DNA from: Heptranchias perlo
Taxonomy: Eukaryota
Direction of reading: 5' to 3'
Length of the DNA: 64,000 nt
NCBI RefSeq assembly: GCF_035084215.1
Contig: NC_090360.1
Location: 10,292,001-10,356,000, forward strand
This document shows, in pieces, positions 26,101 to 37,500 of this stretch (position 1 is the stretch's first letter; each line of letters starts with the position of its first letter). The position numbers and the translations under genes are program-made. The notes below the pieces were generated by a model. That model saw only the letters and a program-made list of their open reading frames with translations. It did not search any database and was not told the DNA's origin.

Positions 26101-27304
26101 GGGACAAAGAGACAAAACCAGGAGCACTTTATTCTGCATAGTTCAGTGAATATTCAAATGACCTAATATTATTATTTATGTACTTCTAAAGAGTTTAATG
26201 CATTGTTAAGGCTTCCACAGACCAAATACAAAATAAAGGCGTTTCAGTCTCGAATGTCTCTAATTTACTTTTTTCACACTTCACAATCAGGTGGATTAAT
26301 GCCTTCATATATTTTGATGGCACATAGATTACGCCTTAAAATATGTAGCATCAAAATACAAAACAATATAACATCGTAACATTTGAGAATTCATCAGTAA
26401 AGTCGTGACAGTAGGACAGGACTGAAGTTGACGTCTAAAATTGGAATTTCCCAGTGTAATCTGCACAGTCGGGTGATATGGTAACAATGGAGTCCGTGTC
26501 CTCAGCAGAGGGTCCATTGGCAAGCACACAACAGAAATCCAGGCACCCACTGGCCACGATTTTGTGCTATGCCTGACTGAATGTGATATTGGGTGCAAGA
26601 GGTGGAGATATGTTGCAGTCCCAACTCTAACAACCTTCATCTTGACGTGCAGAAAATACACCCCAAAATTTATTTCAAGTAAGGTGGTTTTCCAACTGGT
26701 TTTATATTGAGCAGCTGGACAGTTGGAGAATGAAGGACATATAATCACCTAAAGTAAAGCTGCAATTAATATTCAGCTAAAACAGGCATAAATCTGTATG
26801 AAACATGTAGGACAATAGTTCAGATGCATTGCCAAATCAGAATTAATCAATACACAAATTTTATTTTTCAAAAGAATGTAAAATACAAATCAGCATGTTT
26901 TAACACTGGGAAAAGGTTATGAAATATATTTTCACAAGACCTGTTGTAAACTCATAAATTCCAATTTTAGACGTCAACTTCAGTCCTGTCCTACTGTCAT
27001 GACTTTACTGATGAATTCTCAAATGTTATGATGTTATATTGTTTTGTATTTTGATGCTACATATTTTAAGGCGTAATCTATGTGCCATCAAAATATATGA
27101 AGGCATTAATCCACCTGATTGACAAGTGTGAAAAAAGTAAATTAGAGACATTCGAGACTGAAACGCCTTTATTTTGTATTTGGTCTGTGGAAGCCTTAAC
27201 AATGCATTAAACTCTTTAGAAGTACATAAATAATAATATTAGGTCATTTGAATATTCACTGAACTATGCAGAATAAAGTGCTCCTGGTTTTGTCGCTTTG
27301 TCCC
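26101..27304. repeat. Long inverted repeat: 349-bp arms 26101-26449 and 26956-27304, 506-bp spacer
   Basis: Arms are reverse complements with about 5 mismatches counted by eye. Confidence 0.95.
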
Positions 27305-29066
27305 ATTGCTATTCTCCCAACATCTCAGTTTCATTGTCCATATCTTTTGGTAATGGTTTTCAACTAAATACAGCTTCCCTTAGCTAAAGAGGAGATGTAG
27401 GGAGTTTGACTGAGTTCTACATAACCACTACTGAAGCATCTTTGAGGTGCACTGGTTACAGATGAGTCACACTTCCATCATTGTTCCAATTTCAAGACAA
27501 GATATGTCCTTCCGTTAGCCACAGGATGAGATCAAAAGTTCAGATCCTCTACCACTTCCCCCCAACACTGGTTGCAGATGAGACAGGAAACACCAATCTC
27601 TTCAGTCATTCCATTCTCCCTCGTTCCCCCTTTCATTCTACCCGCACAGGATAAGGGATAATAGATAAATTCCTCCATCCTCCCACCAACTTTTTTCAGG
27701 TGATGCTCCACTTAACTGAATGGGCACAAATCACCAAATCTATCTAATCTAGAGCAGGCAGATTCAAGTGATAATCTGGGCTGGAAAGCATGCTCAATTA
27801 TAGCTACATAATCTTCTTGGCCATGAAATTACTCCATGGAAAAGTATGGAGCGCCTGACATGTTTGTATGAAATTCCTTTCTCCGCTATTTTAATGAACA
27901 CATTAATCTTTTAAAATGCCTCCATTAAAATAGAAGGAATTTCATATGAGCACATAAAGCATTTGTACACCAGTGTCTCACAGCATAAAACGAAGGTGCT
28001 TGCTTTTAACTGTACCACTGATTGTGATCATATCTCTAATCTATTCTGGTGATTTTATTCTGACAAGCAATATATTACAAAGTAACATGATATCATCAAT
28101 ATTTAATTTTCTTCAAATTGAATGGTCGGTACTATAGAATACGGTCAGTATGCTTTTGCAAAATATACCTGTAAAAAAATTGCTTTGCGCCATCGGACAT
28201 TAGATTAACATTAGCAATTTGAGGTAGGTCAGCGTAATAGAAACAAAATTTGATATTGTATATCATTTAAAGCCCAGAAACAAAAAATAAAGCTCAAGAT
28301 AAATAATTAATTTTCTTCAAAATTAATAATATATGTTTAAACTTTTCATTCCTAAACCAACAAGGTCAGAATTGAAATGATTCACATTTATTAACAGCAT
28401 TGGATTTGTTAATAGTTTCCAGAGGCTAACCGCCTTTCTTAACTTAACACTGTTCTTGTACGAAAAAAGGTCAAAGCTACACACACACACAGCATTTGTC
28501 GAACTTTCTAATGTGGCAAACATTTTTCCTTTGTCCTCAATGTTTTGCCTGTTAGTGTTAAATTGTAAATTTGCCAATTTTCACTTTGACTACCTAATGT
28601 CTGATTTAAAATTTGTAACGCACCATTTAAAGAACGATAAACCATAAATGAAATGTAACTAAGATCCTTTTTAATTGAAGAATGTGCTGGAATGTTTTCC
28701 TTGAGTATTTTCCAGAAGCGGGATCCGTTTTCCTTTAGTAGCTTTAACAAAACAGGGTTTGCTTTAAATTAAACCGTAGGTTACTGCAGTGCTATTTCAG
28801 GTGCTGCTGTTTGACTTTAATTATAGCAGGTCATTCCTTTTAGAAAACAGGGTGAAATGTGCTCAATTGATCTTGGAAAATTACTGTTATACAGAAGTTT
28901 GGAAAACCATGTCAATGTTTTATATATAAGTCACTGTGGTGGTGCTGCTGGGGAGTGCATTCATCCACTTTTGACCCAATTCCACTTTCCTGACTATTCT
29001 GGATTCTCCAGTGCTCTCTTTCTCACTCCCCTCTCTCTGGCTCCCAATCTCCCACTCCCTAACTGT

Positions 29067-29793
29067 AAACAATTTTACAACACCAAGTTATAGTCCAGCA
29101 ATTTTATTTTAAATTCACAAGCTTTCGGAGACTTCCTCCTTCCTCAGGTAAATGTTCAGGAGCTCCTCGAAGCCTACGCATTTATACATATAGAACAATA
29201 CATGGTGTTTACAGAATGCCCCTGCAACTGCCCGTTGCCAAGGCAATCACCGTGTTCAGACAGAGAGGTGTCACCTGCAGAACCCCCGAATACACATTCA
29301 ACAAAAAAACAAACAGGAAAAAAAACAGAGAGAGGCAGAAACATCCGGAAGGCAGAGAAAGCCAGCAAATGACCCATTATATTAAAAACAGATAACATTT
29401 GTTCGCTGGTGGGGTAACGTGTAGCGTGACATGAACCCAAGATCATGGGTGCGGAACTTGGCTATCAATTTCTGCTCGACGATTTTGCGTTGTCGTGTGT
29501 CTCGAAGGCCGCCTTGGAGTACGCTTACCCGAAGGTCGGTGGATGAATGTCCATGACTGCTGAAGTGTTCCCCGACTGGGAGGGAACCCTCCTGTTTGGC
29601 GATTGTTGCGCGGTGTCCGTTCATCCGTTGTCGCAGCGTCTGCATGGTCTCGCCAATGTACCATGCTCTGGGGCATCCTTTCCTGCAACGTATGAGGTAG
29701 ACAACGTTGGTCGAGTCACAGGAGTATGAACCATGCACCTGGTGGGTGGTGTCCTCTCGTGTGATGGTGGTATCTGTGTCGATGATCTGGCAT
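29067..29793 (-). mobile_element. 5'-truncated Penelope-like retroelement (GIY-YIG endonuclease plus pLTR tail)
   Basis: SCDSTNVVYLIRCRKGCPRAWYIGETMQTLRQRMNGHR...VGEHF; flanked by 15-bp direct repeat CCACTCCCTAACTGT (29052-29066 and 29794-29808). Confidence 0.92.
29113..29153 (-). ncRNA. Minimal type I hammerhead ribozyme motif
   Basis: AUUUAC-CUGAGGA-A-GGAG(GAAGU)CUCC-GAAA-GC-UU-GUGAAU: helix I, conserved core, helix II, palindromic AAGCUU helix III. Confidence 0.75.
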
Positions 29794-30048
29794 CCACTCC
29801 CTAACTGTGCATTGGCTGTGGCAGTGTGTGGAACAGTCAGCACATGTTAAAACTGAATTTTCTGTTCTCTGGGAAGCTGCATTAACGGATGGGAGTGTTT
29901 TAATACGGCATCATTTTCAGATGGAAAGCAAAGGCTTTCATCTTATAGGTAGGTAAACTTATATGCAGGTATTTAAGGTAATGAAATATTTTGTGCCATT
30001 GTAACCTGTGTAAGTTTTAAACTTTGCACTGTGTATATAATATAACCA

Positions 30049-30940
30049 TGGGCACGATTTTAACATTGAAAAACGGGTGGGTTGGAGGCGGGGGCAACGA
30101 AAATCGCACCCATTTTAGACCCGCCCCTAACCCGCCTCCAACCTGCCCATTTCTGGTATTCACCTGGGTGGGACAAGGGGTGGGCAACCAACCCGTTCCA
30201 AGGAGATGGGTTGGTGACTAAAACCTTTCAAGGAGGCTGCGGGCCTCCATTTTTACAGATTTTGCAATTTCAACCCTTGGGGGCTGGGATTCCCGGGCCT
30301 TCTCCTTCACGCCGTGTGAGAGAAGGCGAGAAGGCCCAAAACTGCAGCTGGGTGCTCTTCTAGCACAGCTTGTGGGCTTGGAGGAGCAAGAGTGCTTCCC
30401 CCAGGCCCAACAAGCCTACCTGCAGCCACCCCCCAATGATCGCAGACCCCCGTGATGACCCCCGATCCCGACACCCAACCATCGCGGACCCCCGTGATGA
30501 CCCCCGATCCAGACACCCCCCCCATGACTGACCCCCAATCCCTCCCCCCATGAATGACTCCCCCACTGTGAGCCCCATGCCCATCATTGCCCAATGCCCT
30601 CCCATGCCAATCAGTGCCCCATGCCCCTATGCCCACCCATGCCCAACCCCATGCCCACCCATGCCCCATGTCCATCCACGCCCCCTCCCCCCATCCATAC
30701 AATTAAAGTTTTATCTGAAAACTTACCTTTACACATCCTCTCCTGGCTGCTCTCCCGTCCGATGGAGGCTAGCCTGTCAATCAGGCCGGCCAGTCGGACT
30801 GCAAACCAACAACAAAAATAAAAGACATCCTTACGTCAAAATCGTAAGGACGTCCGGGATACCCGCACTTCCGGGTTTCCCATCCGCAATTTGAACCCCC
30901 CCCCAACCCCTCCTTCCCTGCTCGGGGTCAAAATCATGTT
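30049..30940. mobile_element. Non-autonomous Harbinger-like element with internal C-rich tandem repeats
   Basis: Ends GGGCACGATTTTAAC / GTCAAAATCATG; internal (CCCATG)n and GACCCCCG repeats; homologous to 54856-55652. Confidence 0.7.
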
Positions 30941-30995
30941 TTTGACATATGTAGAAACCATCCGTGAAGCATTTCAATCACAGCATGTACTTGAT

Positions 30996-31001
30996 TTTAT
31001 T
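30996..31001 (-). terminator. Candidate polyA signal for canonical CDHR1 terminal exon
   Basis: AATAAA on minus strand about 15 nt past the stop codon. Confidence 0.35.
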
Positions 31002-31016
31002 GTAACAAAAAACATT

Positions 31017-31580
31017 TTATAAGTAAAGTCTAGAAGCATCTTCATTCATTTTCTTTTCCAGGCGTTGTTTGAGCTCTGAGACCAGGGCACTGTTGATGTT
31101 CGATGTCTTGCTTTTTGACTGCTGAGGGATATAGCTCCTTTTGGGACTGAGAGATCCTGACACCGTAGGCAGATTCCAATCTGGTTTGTTGAGTGTGGCC
31201 GGGGGTATAGTCGGGGGAGGAGGAAGCAAAGGTGCACATGGCAAAGCCAGAGGAAGGGCTGGACCGTTTTTGTTAGTGCTCACATTCTGCAAATATTGGT
31301 TAGCCTCGGAAGTCATGAAACCAGTTGTTTTTTTGGTGGATTTCTTACTTCGGAACCATCCCACTCTGTGAGTCTGCGACTGATGGATCGGCCTCTTCTT
31401 TATGATACGTCTCACAGGGCCAACTCTATTGGACTTTTTGTTCCGCCAAAACATGATCGTTGAAATTAAGATCGTAAGAATCACAAAAAAACAAACTATT
31501 CCAGCTAGCACTCCTAGGATTTTCATAGGATTATCTTTAGATTGCAACAAAAAGTTTGCCATATGCCCATTTCCAGAAGT
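31017..31580 (-). CDS. CDHR1: CDHR1 exon 17 (canonical TM and cytoplasmic tail)
   Basis: [27 protein letters not shown]...[11 protein letters not shown]...PTVSGSL...[10 protein letters not shown]; TTTTGCAG acceptor. Confidence 0.93.
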   Translation of the reverse strand, partial: TSGNGHMANFLLQSKDNPMKILGVLAGIVCFFVILTILISTIMFWRNKKSNRVGPVRRIIKKRPIHQSQTHRVGWFRSKKSTKKTTGFMTSEANQYLQNVSTNKNGPALPLALPCAPLLPPPPTIPPATLNKPDWNLPTVSGSLSPKRSYIPQQSKSKTSNINSALVSELKQRLEKKMNEDASRLYL

Positions 31581-34500
31581 CTGCAAAAGAGTACAAAGAA
31601 AACAAGTGATTTAGTCCAAAGGACTAGCTTCTTGATTTGTACAACACATGTGTACCGTTCATTAGATATCCCATTTTGAATACAATTTTCTCAAGTGTAC
31701 AAAAGCCACACTCGTTCCCTGGATCACACTCATCCAAAGTGTTTTATTGGTCTACATTGTGGAGCCAAATCCAATAGTCGGGGAATGGAGTTTGTCTCCT
31801 GCTTTCAACTAAAACAAGCACCAGGTCGCAAGGTTGATTTTCAGTTAGTGTGTAATGTAGATTCATTTACTTATTTGTTGCTTTTGTGCGTTTTAAAGGT
31901 TATTTTTCTTCCCCAATTTTAAGTCCTTAGATCATTATCCAGCTGAGAGTTGGATAAGCAACCTGCTCCTTGGCCTCTACCAAAGTCAGCTTTAAGCCAC
32001 TCGTTTAGATGTGTGTGAGCCATCCAGGGTGACTCACCTGTGAGGAGGCACCTGCCTCAGATAGAATGATGACCAGGATTAGAAGCTTGCCATATGGGGG
32101 AACCATGGAGCAAATTGAGAAAACTGTGGCCTATTCAGTGGCATAACACATTGGAGAATCAATGCAGCTTGTTGCCATGCAGCCTGGTATACACCCAGTG
32201 CAAGGTATGCAGCCAATGACCGTCACAATGCAAATTTAGTACAAGTTCTAAAATTCCACCCATCGGTGATTCCCATTGACTTTTTGCACTCTTGCAAAAA
32301 AAAAATCATTATTCTGAATGATTCCACTGCACGGAAAAACAAAATCCATCACACATCCATTTATTATTACTTCTGTACTCTTTTACAGACCTGCACAGTG
32401 TAAGTATTGGAAGAGGAAATAAAAATGTTTTATGTGTCTCATCCGACATATTGAGGATAAGTGGATGTGCAGTCCTGCACCACCAGAGAACGGGCACTAA
32501 TCAGCCACTTTTTTTTTGTGGTGGTCTCTTGACAATTTTTCGGGCCATGCAGCGTGGATGTGTTCTGGATCTTTTTGCGGTTTTCCAGAACATCAGGCCA
32601 GACATAATTACTGTTAGAGCAACAATGAGGATGATCATGCTCACACAAATCCTAAATATTCTCCATGGCTGGTTCCTTAGGCCCAAAATAAAAGTGTTTA
32701 GTCTTGATTTAATCTGGAAATGTTAAAACACCAGGTTTCAGTAACTCAGAGCAAAGTGTTTGGTCAAACTTATGTTCTGAGGTCAGTTTGTACAACTGTG
32801 TGACATTCAGATGTTAACCCGTCCTGACACTAATGTTTTAAAGCAATGTGGTTAACAGTAAAATGAGCAGTAAGATAGAATCAGCAAAGGAGGCGCTGGA
32901 TAAAATGTTAAGAATTACTTTTTTTTTCTACCTTAACTTTCTTTGCTTAAAGTTTGGGTTAAAAACACAAGATTAAAAATTACTTTAAAGGATATTGGCT
33001 GGTTTGAATTTTTACCCCAACGAGCCTGAGGTCAGGGTTTTCTGCTTGTACACTGGCTACTACAGGATTGCCCCCACTGGCAAGTGGAGAAGTGGAAAAA
33101 CACAGCCTATATGGAGAACTTTAACCATTTACAGACACTCCAAACAGTTCAGTTTAAAAGCTGCCTTCATAGCACTTGAGATTCCATCTATAAGATATGA
33201 ATTTCATTCAATTCTATGAACATTTCTTTGATTCCATAATGAACATTATTGTTTATTTTTTAAATTGTTGTATATTATGGACCAAACCACTACTGCAAGA
33301 CTAGAACTGAGGCTTTCCTGCAGAAATATTTCTGAGGAGAAAATGGCAGCTTCCTCTTTGAGTCACAAGTAGCCTGAGCACTCTCCGTCTAAGCCCAGCC
33401 TGTTGATGGCACACGAGCGCAGGAAATAAAAATTCCTCACTCTTTCCACCTAATTTTTCCATTTCAGTTTGGAAAAAAGTCAGATCTGTGCATGTTGAGA
33501 CCCATAATAGGCACCCGCTACAGAAAAAGAAACCCTCAAGTCAGCATATTCGGTGCACCATAGGGAGACTTGGAAGCCCTATCGCTGAGGTGCGCCAGGT
33601 CATATCTGATGTCGGAGCACTGATTACTAATCGATGGATGCAAAAGGTGATGGAGATCTTCTGTTGTTCTGAATTAGTGCTCTCCACCTCAGTGACTCCT
33701 CCAAACCTGACAGATTGTAGCATTTTACTCTTGCATTCTTGCACAGTTTATGTGTACAGCTTCGGGGAACATATACTTACCTCTTCTGTAATATCGATCC
33801 TCACAACAGCTGTCGTGCTGAATGAAGGAGAACCTCTGTCCTTAGCTTGAACTACCACAGACCACTGACAGTCTTTGTTTCTGGTGATGTTGTGAATGAC
33901 CTCCAGAGATTTGATGTAGGACTTCAGCACTATCTCGCCAGTGGCTTGATCAATGTCGAAAACGTTGGCTGGATCTGCTTGCATTATCGAGTAATCTACG
34001 ACATTATTTGGCTCCTCTGCATCTTCATCTTTGGCCTGCAGTAAAAGTTTGATATACACAACACAGTTCATCAGATCACTCCAAACACTCACACAGAGGG
34101 CAAGATGTTGGCACCAACACTGCTTGTTATCCAGCTGAACTGCAAATGTTTCTCATCTGTGCAGTGGGACAAAACAATTTCCACCTCTGCCGAGTGCTAG
34201 CTGGCAATTTTAATAAGATTCAAATCGGATGGCAGGCATTTCTCCTCCCCCCCCACCTTAGCTGCATTGGCTGCCATCTTGCAATGGAATAATTGGTCTT
34301 GAAGCCGATTGGGAGGCACCAGGTTCTCACTTGTTTTTTTAAATCTTTCCACTTTGAAAATAATCGCAGATGTGCTATGGTGATCTTTGTTTAATGGGGA
34401 GAAAGGACCGTAATGTATTTAATTTTAAACCCATCCTCCTCAGTGAGATGTGTTCTCAGTGTGGCAATTTTTGAGATTTTTGGTCTCGAGGAAAATTAAG

Positions 34501-37500
34501 TGCCAGATGTAGAAGTGATCACCCTGTCCCTGAAACCCTCATCCATACCTTCATCACCTGAAGGCTTGATTTCTCTAACATGCTCCTTGGCCTCCCAGAC
34601 GATACCTTACATAACACCAAATCACTCTGAATACTGCCACCCACATCCTATCCCATATTAAATCCCAAACACTGATTGCTCCCGTCATAACTGACCTCCA
34701 TTGACCTTGCTCTACAATACTTCTACAGTGTTCTCCAATCCAATGTCCTAGCATGTGCCCTTTTCTCTTCCAGCTGTGGTTGATGATGCATGTTCCCCCT
34801 CTGCTCTTTGTGCCAGAACTTTCAGCCACCTGCACTCCAGCATGCTCTTTCTAAATCTTTCCATCGTCCTACTTCTTCCCACTGTCAAGATCTTCCTTAA
34901 AACCTCTCTCTTTCACTGCACCTTTGGTCATCTTCCCTAACGTTCTCCCTCACCTCCTGATTGGTGCCTTCCAATCTCCTGTAAAGAACCTTGGGATGTT
35001 CATGTGAGATGTCACCGTTGTTGTCAACACCAATGATGTTGACCTTCCAGGCACAGCCACAGTGCAGGCTATATTATGCGAACTAGTCACAGGTGCCATT
35101 GTTAACACTAAATGTCCTACTTTTATAAATTATCGTCCAGTCTACTGATGCCCCATGCACTGTGCAATTGCAATCAAGAATGCAGATGAGCCATCTGCTC
35201 CCAGGTCTCCGGCAATGCTCTGTACTGGCCACAGGGAGGTGGGTGATAGAAGTTTAGGGTGAATCTCCCTTTAAATGTTTCCTCTTCCTGCCAGAGCTCA
35301 GTGACATGGCTAGAAACCCACTGGAATGGCTGCAAATCCAGAGCCCACCACTCTGTAACACTGCATATTGGTGCCAGACAAACATTTTTAACCTGAAACT
35401 GTACTTGAGAAAATTGAATTGCTGTAAACTCTGATCTTATTCATCTGCTCACACATCTGTACATTATCGTAGAATCATAAAATCGTGCAGCACAGAAGGA
35501 GGCCATTCGGCCCATCGTGCCTGTGATGGCTCTCTGAAAGAACTACCAATTAGTCCCACTCCCCTGCTCTTTCCCCACAGCCCTGCAAATTTTTCCTTTT
35601 TAAGTATTTATCCAATTCCCTTTTGAAAGTTAATACTGAATCTGCTTCCACCACCCTTTCAGGCAATGCGTTCCAGATCATAGCATGAGTAAAAAAAAAA
35701 TGCTTCCTCATCTCCCCTCTGGCTTTTTTTGCCAATTATCTTAAATCTGTGTCCTCTGGTTACCGACCCTCCTGCCAGCGGAAACAATTTCTCCTGATGT
35801 ACTCTATCAAAATCCCTCAAAATTCTGAACACCTCTATTAAACCTTAACGTTAACCGTCTCTGTTCTGAGGAGAACAATCCCAGCTTCTCTAGTCTCTAT
35901 TATAGTATACTATATTAGGAGACAATAATATACTAAATTATTTAGCTCCTATTCCTTACCTCAACTTTTACAGGTGATCCAATGATCAAAACCTTCTCCA
36001 AAATATTCTCATTAAATTCTGGATAGTGATCGTTTACATCTAGAACTGTTACAAAGACTTCAGCCAGGCTGTGCTTCCCCTCCACATCATCCGCTCTGAT
36101 GTGAAAGTTATATTTAAATTGTACTTCAGCATCCAGCACAGCCCAGGGCTGAGTGTAAATAATTCCTGTAGTGGGGTGAATCAGAAATCTGAAAAATAAG
36201 AATTCAGGAAAATAAGGGACCCCTCTATAGTTACACACTGATAATATGATGTACTGAGCAGCCATCTTGTTATGTTGTTCTGACAAAACCGAACATTTAA
36301 CACACTCAAATGCCAATTCAAAAGTTTTGATAATTATTATTTTTTTCTGTGACTTTATTGTTCATCAATTTAAAATTGTCATGAAAAGAAAGATTAGGAG
36401 AAATTTCTTTACACAGAGTTGGAATGTGGAATGCTTTGCCACAAGGAGCAGTTAAGGTAGAGACTCATAATTGCATCTTTTAAGGGAAAATTCGATAAAT
36501 ATTTGAAGCAGAGGAAGATACAGGGAATTTAAGGGAGAGAATGGGGCAGTGGGATTACATTTGCATTGCTTTAGCAATGACTTGTACAGGCACAATTTAG
36601 AAGCCAAATGACCACTTCTTGTGCTTTAAACTTTTATGATTCTGAGTTGAGGGATTTTTGTGCTGGGCAATGGAACACTTCCATTTTGCACATGCAGTGT
36701 CGTTAACAGGCAATCACACTTTTCCATGCCAGCCATCCCAAGGCTTCTCTGAGTGATTTTTGCAATTTAATGCCAAGTTAAGTACTGAGTCCAGCATGTC
36801 CTTATTTAAAGCAGGATTGAGAGAATAGAAGCTTTAAAAACACTGATCAACCTCTGCGATAAAACGATCAACTACATATTAATAAAAGCACTCTGTTAAC
36901 AGAACACTGACGAACTGGCAGCTCTCAGCTAATTTGAGTTGATGCGGTCAGCTAATTAGCCTTCATTCCATGTAACACTGTGACAAGGAAGGATAATGCG
37001 TGGCAGTTTTCAATGTAGTAGTGTCTGCTTATTTATACGCTGATTATGTAACATTGCAGCTCTACTTTTGTACAATATGGGGTGGGTCTGTCTGTAAATA
37101 TGATCATTGGGACTAGGTGAGTCAATAAACCTTAGCGCTGTGGGGTTTTATAAATGATTGCAGTACTATTTAAGCTATAGCACATAAATAGCAAAATTCA
37201 TGCTGTCCCATTTTGGTTTAGCTGCTGGTGGAATGTAGGTTAAATAGTACCGTAACTATTTTTAAAAATCTCAGCATAAAAATTTTACAACATTACACAT
37301 GTAACCTTAATAATTTTTAGATATCGTCTGGCATGCTAAAGGAACTTTTGCCAATTTGCAATTTTTCTGAAACAGTGTGGATGAGTGTCCACTAGAGGGG
37401 GTGTTAGTACAAAAGGCACAGACTCATCCAGTTTAAACATTAATCTGATTTTAAAACAAAAATGTTTGTAGATATTGTTGAAAGTACTTTTTTACTCCAC

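Noticed and set aside
30307-30894. Gly/Trp-rich and Pro-rich ORFs (also 55009-55445)
   Set aside because: Translations of the C-rich tandem repeats inside MITEs.
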